NCBI GenBank assembly: GCA_964016885.1
Contig: OZ024740.1
Coordinates: 440,634,001-440,698,000, forward strand
Source of the DNA: Eledone cirrhosa
Taxonomy: Eukaryota
DNA length: 64,000 nt
Direction: 5' to 3'
Position numbers and translations under genes: made by a program. Position 1 is the first letter of the stretch, and every line of letters starts with the position of its first letter. Below the pieces are notes generated by a model. It worked only from the letters and a program-made list of their open reading frames with translations. It made no database searches and had not been told where the DNA came from. Below are positions 15,535-28,158 of this stretch, piece by piece.

Positions 15535-18500
15535 CTACAGGCTTATGTAAAGAGAAGGCCCATTCACACGGGCCATTCTCGCCACTTTCACCCACCTTTC
15601 ATAAAAACGACTGGGGTGCAGCACCTCTCTCTCCATCCTGATCCTTCTTCCGAAATGATATCGGAAGAAACGGACCAGTTGTTGGCCAGAGAGAAAGGTG
15701 CCTGACCTCAGTCCTTTCAGACGCGTCCACCATACAACCTCTTTCGCCATGGCTATTACGCACAGAAACACCGCCTCTGCTTCATCTTTGAAGGGGGGAG
15801 GCGGCTTGATCATTACAATAGACTCGGTGGTCAACCGGATCGGTCCCACCCTTGACAGCAGTTGTTCGACATAGCCCCACAGATCGGCTACGCCCGAGCA
15901 GTGTACCAATGCGTGTGCAACGGTTTCTTCGTCGCACACGCATCTGGGACAGATCTTTTTGGCGGGGTCCCTACCCGGGCGCCCGTGTCTGTAGAGCCTT
16001 TCTCGAACGGGTAAAGCCCCTCGGTAGCACTGCCAGGCCAGGGACTTCTGGAAGTTGTCCATAGGTCCCGGGCTGAATGTCCTACCGAACAGGCTGGCCA
16101 GTTCGTCCTCCTCCATGTCTAGGGCTTCTCCGAGGGCGTCGTCGCACCTGCTGCGTACCAGCCCTCTATAGAATGTTGCGGTGGAGTCTCCACTGATAAC
16201 CGGATCCGCCTGCCAGAGGGCGGTGAGCGCCTGGGCACACTCAGTGTGCCAGGCGCCCAGTTTTCTCGGTCTTTGCTTGACCCAGGATTGCAGCTCGGTG
16301 AGTGAGACGAGTCTGGGAAAGGTTCGTCTCACAAACGAGGCCCACACCGGTTGTCCGGTGAGGAATACGTAGAGGTGCCGTAGCCTTAATGCGTGTTTAC
16401 GCATCATTAGCCACGGCATCCCCAGCCCTCCTTTCGAAGGGTGTTGACAGCAGATGGATCTCCTCACCATAGGAGCCCGCCTCTTCCAAAGGAATTGGAA
16501 GAGCGCGCGCTCCATCTTGGTGAGGGTTTCCCTTGGGCAGGGCACTACGGTCAGGCGGTAGTAGATGACGGACGCTATATAAGTGTTCGCCACCTCCGCC
16601 CGACCTTTCAGGGATAGTTTGCAACTGGCCCACTTCTGGGTCAGCGCAAACACCCTGTTCGTAACCTCCGCCCAGTTTTTCGCCACCTGGAGGTCCGGTC
16701 CGAACCAGACCCCGAGCAACTTCACCGGGCCCTCCGTCCAGCGTCCGACGACGCCATCAGAGGGCATCGGTCTGCCCCTCCACGTGCCGAGTTGCTAACC
16801 GATCGACTTGTCCCGGTTCAGCTTAGCCCCTGTGAACTTTTCGTACTCCTCCAGTAAGGTGCCGACCGCCTCGATTTCGGAGGCCGTCGACACCATTACT
16901 GTCACATCATCGGCGTAGGCTGACACCACTTTCCGCAATCCCGGTTCCAAAGGGATGCCCTGCAACAACTCCAACTTCCGCAGTAGTGGCTCGAGAGTCA
17001 ACACATACAGAAGGGAGGAGAGAGGGCACCCTTGTCGGATGGACCGCGCGATTTTGAACGGCTCCGAGAGGTAGCCGTTCACCTTGACCCTAGAGCAGAT
17101 GCGGCTGCTGTGCATAGCAGTGATCCAGCCCCTGAAAACGGGTCCGAAGCCTGCCGCCGCTAGCACCGCATCCAGGTAACCATGGTCGACCCTATCGAAC
17201 GCCTTAGATTGATCCAAGTTGATCAGAGCCCCACCAAAGCCGGGTTCGTTCCCAACCCTCTCTATGATGTATCGCATGAGGTGGAGGTTGTCATGGATGG
17301 ACCTGGACGGGATAGCGCATGTCTGCGCATCTCCCACCAGGTTGCCCACGACAAGCGCCAACCTCTTTGCTAGCACCTTGGCCAAAATCTGTAACTCTGT
17401 ATTTAGCAGAGTTATGGGCCTGAAGTTACTTATTTCGTCCCCCTTGTTCTCGTCCTTCCTCACTAGCGTGACTACGCCCTTGGTCACAGTACAGGGAATT
17501 CTCCCGTTCTGTTGCCAGTTGCAGTAGACCGCCTCGAGGAGATCGGGGAACAAGTCCTGCATAGCTAGATATAATTCGCTTGGAAGACCATCGAGACCCG
17601 GGGATTTGCGTTTGCCGCATTGGCTCAGCACGTCCTCTATCTCAGCGGCCGAAATCGGCTCCTCGGAGGACTTCTCCTCCCTGTCCGAGAGGCGCGGCAG
17701 GCCGTCGAGGTATGGACCGAAGTCCACGTTCCCAACCAGCTCCCCGCCCCTCCCGAACAGTCGGGCAAAGTGCCTTTGAAAGGCCTCACACATCTGCTTA
17801 GGCTCAAGAATCGCCCGTCCATCCAGGTCTCGCAAAGACCGGATGGTGGATTTAGTTCCACTGTTGGCCTCTGTCACGCGGGCCCAGCTAACAGCTTTGG
17901 CCCCCTCGTTCCCTAGAGCACGTATTTTACTTCGGACAACGCAGCCTTCGTGCTTCGCGTCGAAAAACTGGCTCAAAGCCGTTCTCGACGCTAGCACTCT
18001 GGCCACGTCGCCGCTTCTAATTGCCTCTTCTACTCTATCTATTAGCTCCCTTTCCTTCCTATTCCTATCCGCAGCTAGAACCTTACTAAATTCAATCGAG
18101 ACTACTCTAATCTCTCTCTTTAGAGATACCCACCACCTGCTGTTGACGATCGCTCCAGTCAACCGTTCCTTAACTAACGTACTAATCCGATTCCTGTAGG
18201 CTCTACTTGCCGGCAAGGACAAGTTGAGCTTCCAGTAACCGGGGCCCTGTCTATGCGTTCTATCAAGGTTGACCATGCAGGTCACCAACTTGTGGTCTGA
18301 ATAGCCAACCATGAGCATTTCTGGACAACTTAAAAAGTCCCTGTCCTTATTTCTAACTAAAAATCTATCTAGGTACGATCTAGATGATCCGCTGCGATTT
18401 GACCAAGACCAGGTTGGCACCGTCGGAAAATCTAGTCGAAATCTATCGGCCAGGTCAAATCGGCCGAGTAACCCCTTGGGGCTGTTGCACCCCTCTCTAT

Positions 18501-18972
18501 CGGGACATGCCCCTGCATAGTCCCAACGTGCATCCAGGATACCATTCCAATCCCCCACTAAAAGCAGGGAATGGGACGTCCCTAGAAAAGACTCCAGACG
18601 CTGGAAAAAGTCGGGCCGCTCTGTCCCAAAAGGGGCATATGCGGCTATCAGCCTAAAGGCTCTACCTTCACCACTGCCAAGGTCCAGCACCACCAGTCGA
18701 CCCCCTGGGTCCAAGTGAACTATCTGTGTTGCAAGGCCCATATGTTTTTGCAGCAGAACGACAACCCCACCCCCACCTCCGGGCTGACAGAGAGATGCGT
18801 GCATCTCAAAGTCGTCAAAGGTGGGGGCTAGCTGTCGCATGCTGCTGATCCGGGCCTCGCAGATAACCATCACATTTATAGATTGTGACCTGAGGTCATT
18901 TAGAAGCATTGCTTGCTTCCAAGACGAGCCCAGGCCACGCGCATTTAGACACCCTACTCTTAGCACAGCCAT
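15535..18972 (-). pseudogene. Tx1-type ORF2 (APE endonuclease, RT, CCHC finger) with a single in-frame TAG at 16795-16797
   Basis: LNARGL, GDWN, SYLDRF, SDHK, KSPGLDG, FRPITLLN, DQSKAFDRVDH, RQGCPLS, YADD, CPRC..H...C. ORFs 16795..18996 and 15535..16767 are in the same frame; the paralog has Leu at the stop position. Confidence 0.92.
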
Positions 18973-18996
18973 GTTGGTGGTAAAGAGAAAAGGCAC

Positions 18997-20637
18997 TTAC
19001 CTCTCTGCGTCCCGGGAAACGGGCCGCTCAATTTCCATGCTGGTTGGGGATGGGTTGTTGGGTGGGGTTGTGGTTTGTGGAAGTGAAGGGGCATCGGTGT
19101 GTTGTGGGGTTGGGGTGTTTGTCGTTGAGTGGGTGTCTGGGTGGGGTGGGGGGTGAAATTTTTTAGGAGGACGCGGTTGATTGGTTTGGCGCAGGGGGGG
19201 CCCACGTCCTCCGTGAAATTTATTTTCAGTGTTTTGTACAAGTGCATTGGGACTTTTATCATTTTCAAATGAGGTAGTCCCACAGCAGTTATAAAGTTTG
19301 GCCCTTCAGTTTGGACCGAAGGGTTTGCTGAAATTGTTTTCCGTAATTCTTTGTTGTCTGTGTTCATGTATGTGTATTGTAAGGTCTTTTTTGTGTAGCA
19401 GTTAGTGTTGTGTGACAGGGAGGGGTGGTTTGTGTGTAGTTTGTGTTCTCTTGGGGGGGATTAAAGTTAACATGTGTGTCTGTGGTGCGTCTCCTCTTCT
19501 TTCTTTTTACTTGTTGGAAGGGATCTTTTTCGTCTTGCGACGAAAGAGGTTCGTCTTCCTTGTTGGGTGGGAGGGGTATGTTTTCTGGTAGTGTTTGCGG
19601 TGTGCGTGTTTTTATATTTGTTTTGGGTGGGGAGGGATTGGGTGGGACAGTATTCTGTGTTATTTTTTCACGTGTTTGTTGTTGTTGTTGTTGTGGAGGT
19701 GGTGGTGGGGTTGTTGGTTTTTGTTGTTGTTGTGGTTGTTTTTGTTGTTGTAGTTGGGGTGGTGTTGGTGTTGGTAGCAGTGTTTTTTTCTGTGTGAGCT
19801 GGGGACAGGCAGCCCTCAGGTGACCTCTATTGCAACAGAGGTAACAGGAGGGACGCCTACCCTCCACAATAATGTTGAGGTGGGTACGGTCATCCAGCAT
19901 GACGCGCTCAGGGATTTGGGCGATGCGTTCTGGCCTTATTTGGGTCAGAACTTCGAGGCTCGTTCCACTGAACGCGTCGCCGGATGCCTTCCCTATTGAG
20001 ATGAGGTTGTCCTCGTCTAAATTGAGGAAACCGGTTAGTAACCACCAGTAGTTTATGTTTGGGGTGATGGTGGTTATCCATATCCTCTGGGTTTTTTTAC
20101 CCATGTAGGTGGGGAAGAAGGTGTAGTGTGTGGACCGAATTGGCGACACAGAGTATTTTTTTGCCGCCAATTCGTCTTTCATCAATATGGATAAACTCCC
20201 ATAGAGTTTATCCTTTTGTATGAAAGTGATGTCTCTCATCGCGTCTTTCAAGACTAACTGAATTTCCGCTTGAGATGGTTGCGCTGGTTTCTTTGTTTTA
20301 TTTAAAATTGTTCGGAATACGACAGTTCGTAATTCCGTCTGTCTTTTTAGCTCCGGAGGTGAATGTATAGAAAACGAACCGTTTTCGCCAAAAGACACAT
20401 ATTTCTTGGCTTTTTCCAGCATTTCTTTTGCTTTTGAAATATCTTCCAGCACATAAGCGACTGATAATTTAGCCGTTTGTGCAAAAGATATTTTGTTTTC
20501 GTTTTGGATATTAGTATTGTTTTGTTTCTCGTCGTTTGAGTTGTTTTCATCTTTGTTGTTGTTGTTGTCTTTCTCGTTTCGTGTGTGGATACTTGTGACG
20601 TTTGTGTTGTTGTTGTTTTTGTTGTCTTTATTGTTGC

Positions 20638-20668
<31 letters not shown>

Positions 20669-20851
20669 TTCAAATTCTTGTGTAGTTGTGGCTACATCTA
20701 GTGGTCGGTCAACAGGTGAAGACAATTCTTCCTCTCTCTGACCTCTGCCTTTAGCATCTGCTGCTGTGACAGTGGCAGGGGGAAGCTGTGAGTATGACTT
20801 CCCCTTTCCTTCTTTGATTGATGGTGAAGATGCTTCAGCCATTTTTCTCAA
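18997..20851 (-). pseudogene. Tx1-type ORF1 (zinc knuckle, N- and Q/P-rich tracts), frameshifted near 19365
   Basis: VEGRRPSCYLCCNRGHLRAAC; basic KRKKRRR. The 19367 frame (LPHLKMIKVPMHLYKTLKINF) resembles the C-terminal block of ORF 56267..58369. Confidence 0.8.
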
Positions 20852-21061
20852 AATAGGGTTTTTCGAAGTTTTTCGAAAGATAAAATGTTCACAATACTAT
20901 TTCGCCCAAAGGCGCAGAATATTTTGAGAGACCAACCAGATCAAAGTTTGACCTGGCAGTCCCTCTACAAAATGGTACAAAAATGAAAGTTTACAGTTTA
21001 CAATTTCCGTATGAATTTAAACAAAAACTTACCGAGCGAGCTCAGCACATGTGTCCATCGT

Positions 21062-21343
21062 AGATATATATATATATATATATTCTCTTCATCTTAACAT
21101 GCTAACCATACTCCCACACACATAACACCCATACACACACATAACAACCCCCACACCTACAACACCCTCCCCATTTCTACTAATAGAACCACTTTCCTAC
21201 ACACATATATATATACACACACACAAAATATATATTCTCTCCATCTAACATACTCGCACACACACACACATAACATCCATATACACACACACACAACTCC
21301 CTCCCCCATCTCTACTAATAGAATCATCTTCCAATACACACAT

Positions 21344-21374
<31 letters not shown>

Positions 21375-21960
21375 AGCACACAAATAAACACATATCTTCA
21401 GTCTCAATAGAAAATCTGAACTCTGACACCTGAACTCTGACAGCTGGCCATATTCACTGAACCAGAACATTTCTCCCAATCCCTTTTCCCTTGACCACTA
21501 TCTCTCCATTGTCATAACATTCACTATAAAGACTACAGAATAGTTTTCCAAATAAGGGCGCAAAAATGTAATGAAAACTTGTTCACGTGACAGACAAATT
21601 TCATTTATAACCAACCAAAAAAAAGCCTTCGTGAGCCTCATTTTTTCAAGTAAAAAGAAATTCAAACACTCATATATGAAAAAACAACCTGTGACAACCA
21701 CCCCCCTCTCTTATTTGAAGAACTATTGTAACGCGAACTGGCGCGAAATTTATTATAATTATTGACCAACCAATCAAATTACTTCTCGAAAAACCTGGCC
21801 TTCGAGCCACTTTTTCCATATAAAACAAGTAACATTCAGAGACCAACCAGATGTGAGAAAAACCGCAGACCCTCCATCTCAACTCACCTTTTGAAAAGCA
21901 GAAGAACTACGAAACCGGTAAAGGAACCAAATAAATATATATATTTTAAAAAAAAATAAG
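21062..21960 (+). mobile_element. Continuation of the PLE 3' UTR/pLTR split by the Tx1 insertion
   Basis: The cctacacac..aa(TA)n|ttctc join across the insertion matches an internal repeat at ~21196-21250; ends in a hammerhead motif and AATAAA. Confidence 0.7.
21887..21924 (+). ncRNA. Type I hammerhead motif with U3-A8 variant core
   Basis: cctt-TTGAAAA-gcag aagaa ctac-GAAA-ccgg-TA-aagg then aaccaaataaa. Confidence 0.65.
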
Positions 21961-22055
21961 ACTTCAGTTGCATTTTCGATTTCATCCCTTTTTCTTTATA
22001 CTTCCACTCGTGTAGGACACATCGGTTATTTTTCATTTTGTAAAAAAAACCTCAC

Positions 22056-22452
<397 letters not shown>

Positions 22453-22603
22453 CACACACATATATATATATACATACACACATACATATACATACATATA
22501 TACACATATAAATAAATACATACACACATACACACACATACATATATATACACATACACACACATATATATATATATACATATATTTATACATATATACA
22601 CAC

Positions 22604-22638
<35 letters not shown>

Positions 22639-22649
22639 AACACACACAC

Positions 22650-22737
<88 letters not shown>

Positions 22738-22984
22738 AATATCTTTTGATATGCTAAAATACCCCCCACTGTTTACAGACACATTACTACTGACCATCCC
22801 GCTACCACGAATTACTCTGCTATACACACACACACACACACACACACTTATCTTAATAACCATTTGAACTGTCAACAGGCTGCGGTTCGTACACACATCC
22901 CTGCTAACCATTATCACAACTTCGAACACTTTACTACTACTACACACACGCACACACACATATTTGTTGTGAAAGAGTCATTTC

Positions 22985-23335
22985 TCAGTCTTGGCGCAAA
23001 ATCAATTTTTTATATTCACATGACCTCTACCGACCAATCAAAATTGTTTTGACCACAAGAATTTTTGCAACACCAAGTAGCGCTGGAGCCTCTTTTTTAA
23101 CATAAAAACAGGTAGAATTCCCAAAACTAATCAGATCAGAGCAAACAACACGGACGCTCTATCTCAAAATTATTTTTGAAAAGCATTTAGAAATGCGCAA
23201 CCGGTAAACACTTAAAAACTTAAAACCACAACTGAATACTAACTCATACAATTACTAATACTCTTTTATTCCTAATTAAACTATTTTTCAACTGTGAACA
23301 ATTTGTCAGCATTTTCTATTCCGTTTACCAATATA
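22985..23335 (+). mobile_element. Dispersed PLE-terminal-like repeat (other copies: 23686-23912 rearranged, 39718-40210 minus)
   Basis: High identity among the three loci; distantly similar to 21760-21930. Confidence 0.8.
23172..23209 (+). ncRNA. Hammerhead-like motif, U3-A8 core with GCAA in place of GAAA
   Basis: ttt-TTGAAAA-gcattt ag aaatgc-GCAA-ccgg-TA-aac; same core at 39881-39917 (-). Confidence 0.5.
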
Positions 23336-23524
23336 TATATATATGTATATATGTATATATATTTCTTTCTGTCTTTGTTGCTCTAAATATAAATTATAGC
23401 TTTAAAGAATTAGCTTTTAATGAATTCCCTTTTCTATCAACCAATGACCTCTACCCATCCCACTCCCTACCCTCTTCTACCACCTGAAGAGACCTATAAA
23501 TACCATATTTATTTTTTGATACCC

Positions 23525-23575
23525 AGATTCCTGATGATTTCTAAAGAATGAAACAGTTCTAGTCCTGTAGAATCT
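23525..23575 (+). ncRNA. Type I hammerhead motif with complete stems I and III
   Basis: agattc-CTGATGA-t ttct aa agaa t-GAAA-cag ttctagtc ctg-TA-gaatct. Confidence 0.8.
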
Positions 23576-23907
23576 CTTCTATATTAAAACTTTTATACTC
23601 TGCTATGTATTGAGTACCTTACTTACTGTGGTTACCTCCGATTCAACCCGGAATAACGTACGTATATGTATATATATATATATATAGTTAAAAGAATAGA
23701 GGTGTAACACACAAGTTATTATATATTGGTAATCGGAACAGAAAATGCTGTCCGTGTTGTTTGCTCTGATCTGATTAGTTTTGGGAATTCTACCTCTTTT
23801 TATGTTAAAAACTGAACACTAACCCATACAATTACTAATACTCTTTTATTCCTAATTAAACCATTTTTCACCTGTGAACAATTTGTAAGCATTTTCTATT
23901 CCGTTTA

Positions 23908-23980
<73 letters not shown>

Positions 23981-23981
23981 G

Positions 23982-24045
<64 letters not shown>

Positions 24046-24276
24046 CATATATATATATATGTATATATATATATGTATATATAGAGATACACACATAAAC
24101 ACATATATATAAACACGCACACACACACATACATACCTACATACACACATAAACATACATACATATATACATAAATACATACATATAAACATACCTACAT
24201 ACACACATAAACATACATACATATATACATACATATAAACATATAAACATACATACATATGTGGGTATGTATGATA

Positions 24277-24350
<74 letters not shown>

Positions 24351-24737
24351 AAGATCAGTGAGTCACCGGTTCTCCTGGCGACAATAAGATCAAAGAGAAT
24401 GTTCCAATGTTTCATGGAGACTACAGGTGTTGGAAGGAGGACAGTTTCTGTTGGAAGAGAATCTTTGTTGGAAGGTAACAAGAACAAAAGGAAGTTGTAA
24501 CCACCGCCATAACAGCCCCTCTTTCTTCTGTGACTTACAGCATGGTCATACCACAACTCTGTGTGAGAGACGATTATCGAAAACAATTAATGTGTAGATT
24601 AACACACACAGTTTGTGTAATGGAAAGATAGAACACATTTTCAGATATTTCAACTGTTCGGAATAATGTCAAGATATATGTAGTTTCTGTCAAACTTTCA
24701 AATGTAAAATATAGTGGAAAGTAATATACGCAGGCTC

Positions 24738-25378
24738 GTGTTTGAGTATGTTTCTGTGTATGTTTGTGTGTGTTTGTGTACGTGTGTGTGTGTGTGTGTT
24801 TGTGTGTGTGTGTCTGTGTGTGTGTCTGTGTGTGTTTGTGTGTGTGTTTATGTGTGTGTGTGTGTATGTATGTTTCTGTGTGTTTGTGTACGTGTGCGTG
24901 TGTGTGCGAGCGTGCCTGTGTTTGTGTGTGTGTTTATGTGTGTGTATGTGTGTATGTTTGTGCGTGCGTGTGTACGTATATATGTGTGTATGTGTGTGTG
25001 TGAGACAGAGAGGAAGAGAGAAGAAAAGAGAGAGGGAGACAGAGAGAGACAGAAAGAGACAAAGACACAGACAGTGACAGGGAGAGGGTGAGACAGAGAG
25101 AGGGTGAGACAGGGAGAGGGTGAGACAGAGAGAGGGTGAGACAGAGAGAGGGTGAGAGACATAGAGAAGGTGAGAGAGGGACAGGGTGAGTCAGAGAGGG
25201 CATGAGAGAGGGACAGGGTGAGACATAGAGGGGGTGAGAGAGGGACAGGTGTGAGACATAGAGGGGATGAGAGAGGGACAGGGTGAGACATAGAGAGGGG
25301 GAGAGAGGGACAGGTGTGAGCCATAGGGGGTGAGAGAGGGACAGGGTGAGATATAGAGGGGGTGAGAGAGTGAGAGTG
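24738..25378. repeat. (GT)n tract followed by (GA)-rich degenerate minisatellite
   Basis: Repeats of gacagggtgagacatagagggg-like units. Confidence 0.9.
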
Positions 25379-25679
25379 TTACACGGGCAATATAGAGAAA
25401 GAGAGAGAAACATAGATTGGGTTAAAACTTGGAGAAAGGAATTTAAAAGAGACAAAAATGTAGGAGATACAGCAGAGATATGTTGGAAAGAAAGGAAGGA
25501 GAAAGAAAGGGAGGGGGGGGGGAAGAAAGAAAGAAAATTGTATGAATGAATGAATAAAAAGAGGAAGACGAAATATAGGGAACGGGAGAGAAGAAAGACA
25601 GAAATACATAAGTAAAATGAATAAAAGAAAGTGACAAGGAAATAAAAAAAAAATAGAAGGAATAAAGAAAGAAACCGTT

Positions 25680-27909
25680 TGTTACAGTGTCACATCTATA
25701 AGATACTGTCATTATTACAGTGTCACATCTATAAGATACTGTCATTGTTACAGTGTCACATCTATAAGATACTGTCATTGTTACAGTGTCACATCTATAA
25801 GATACTATCATTGTTACAATATGTAACATCTATAAGATACTGTCATTGTTACAGTGTCACATCTATAAGATACTGTCATTGTTACAGTGTCACATCTATA
25901 AGATACTGATAGTGTTACAATATGTTACATCTATAAGATACTGTCATTGTTACAATATGTCACATCTATAAGGTACTGTTATTGTTACAGTGTCACACCT
26001 ATAAGATACTGTCATTGTTACAATATGTTACATCTATAAGGTACTATTATTGTTACAGTGTCACATCTATAAGTAAGATACTGTCGTTGTTACAGTGTCA
26101 CATCTATAAGGTACTGATAGTGTTACTGTGTCACATCAGTAAGATACTGTTACAGTGTCACATCTATAAGATACTGTCATTGTTACAGTGTCAGATCTAT
26201 AAGTAAGATACTGTCGTTGTTACAGTGTCACATCTATAAGGTACTGATAGTGTTACTGTGTCACATCGGTAAGATACTGTTACAGTGTCACATCTATAAG
26301 ATACTGTTAGTGTTACAGTGTCACATCTATAAGGTACTGTTATTGTTACAGTGTCACATTTATAATGTACTGTTATTGTTTCAGTATCACATCTATAAGA
26401 TACTGTCATTGTTACAGTGTCACATCTATACGGTACCGTTATTGTTAGAGTATCACATCTATAAGATACTGATAGTGTTATAGTGTCACATCTATAAGAT
26501 ACTGGTAGTGTTACAGTGTCACATCTATAAGATACTGTCATTGTTACAATATGTAACATCTATAAGATACTGTCATTGTTACAGTGTGACATCTATAAGA
26601 TACTGTCATTGTTACAGTGTCACATCTATAAGATACTGTCTTGTTACAGTGTCACATCTATAAGATACTGTCATTGTTATAATATGTCACATCTATAAGG
26701 TACTGTTATTGTTACAGTGTCACATCTATAAGATACTGTCATTGTTACAGTATCACGTCTATAAGATACTGTCATTGTTACAATATGTCACATCTATAAG
26801 GTACTGTCATTGTTACAGTGTCACACCTATAAGATACTGATAGTGTTACCGGGTCACATCTGTAAGATATTGTTACAGCGTCACATCTATAAGATACTGA
26901 TAGTGTTACCGGGTCACATCTGTAAGATATTGTTACAGTGTCACACCTATAAGATACTGTCATTGTTACAATATGTTACATCAATAAGGTACTGTTATTG
27001 TTACAGTGCCACACCTATAAGATACTGATAGTGTTACCGGGTCACATCTGTAAGATATATTTACAGTGTCACGTCTATAAGATACTGTCATTGTTACAAT
27101 ATCTTACATCTATAAGGTATGGTATTGTTACAGTGTCACATCTATAAGTAAGATACTGTCGTTGTTACAGTGTCACATCTATAAGATACTTATAGTGTTA
27201 CAGTGTCACATCTGTAAGAGACTGTTAGTGTTAAAGTGTCACATCTATAAGGTACTGATAGTGTTACAGTGTCACATCTGTAAGAGACTGTTAGTGTTAA
27301 AGTGTCACATCTATAAGGTACTGATAGTGTTTCAGTGTCACATCTGTAAGAGACTGTTAGTGTTAAAGTGTCACATCTATAAGGTACTGATAGTGTTACA
27401 GTGTCACATCTGTAAGAGACTGTTAGTGTTACAGTATCACATCTATAAGATACTTATAGTGTTACAGTGTCACATCTGTAAGAGACTGTTAGTGTTACAG
27501 TGTCACATCTATAAGATACTTATAGTGTTACAGTGTCACATCTGTAAGAGACTGTTAGTGTTACAGTGTCACATCTGTAAGTGACTGTTAGTGTTACAGT
27601 GTCACATTTATTAGATACTGTCATTGTTAGTGTCATATCTATAAGGTATCGTTATTGTTACAGTGTCACATGTATAAGATACTGATAGTGTTACAGTGTC
27701 ACATCTATAAGATACTGATAGTGTTACAGTGTCACATGTATAAAATACTGATAGTGTTACAGTGTCACATCTATAAGATACTTATAGTGTTACAGTGTCA
27801 CATCTGTAAGAGACTGTTAGTGTTACAGTCTCACATCTATAAGATACTTATAGTGTTACAGTCTCACATCTGTAAGAGACTGTCAGTGTTACAGTGTCAC
27901 ATCTGTAAG
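25680..27909. repeat. 33-bp minisatellite, consensus TGTTACAGTGTCACATCTATAAGATACTGTCAT, ~65-70 copies
   Basis: Tandem units seen directly; they explain the LLQCHIYKIL pseudo-ORFs. Confidence 0.97.
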
Positions 27910-28000
27910 AAAACCCTGCACTCAATTTCAATATCTAGAGGATGTTGGAAGCTGTTATAAATAAGAACCATTTCGTAAACTTTAGTTTATTTCTAGACAC

Positions 28001-28158
28001 GTGACCTAGTGTTTAGAGAGTCATAATTGTGAGGTACTGAGTTCGATTCCTGGACCAGGTAATGTGATGTGTCCTTGAGTAAGATATTTTATTTCACGTT
28101 CCTCTAGTTCACTCAAAAGTAACAATTTGTTGTGACGACACTGGTGCCAAGCTGTATC
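28001..28158 (+). mobile_element. Diverged tRNA-derived SINE whose 3' part runs into the first satellite monomer
   Basis: A-box-like TGACCTAGTGTTTAG, B box GAGTTCGATTCC, core gtgtccttgagtaagatattttatttcacgtt. Confidence 0.7.

Larger units (their letters stand above)
15271..21061 (-). mobile_element. Near full-length Tx1/L1-clade LINE inserted in (TA)n within the PLE 3' UTR
   Basis: ORF1 plus APE-RT-zinc finger ORF2; (TA)n at both ends; 3' end gtggcaaataaaagaaact. Confidence 0.93.

Noticed and set aside
25443-27960. Cys/His-periodic ORFs (LQCHIYK) resembling metal-binding repeats
   Set aside because: Consequence of a 33-bp unit; frames are broken repeatedly
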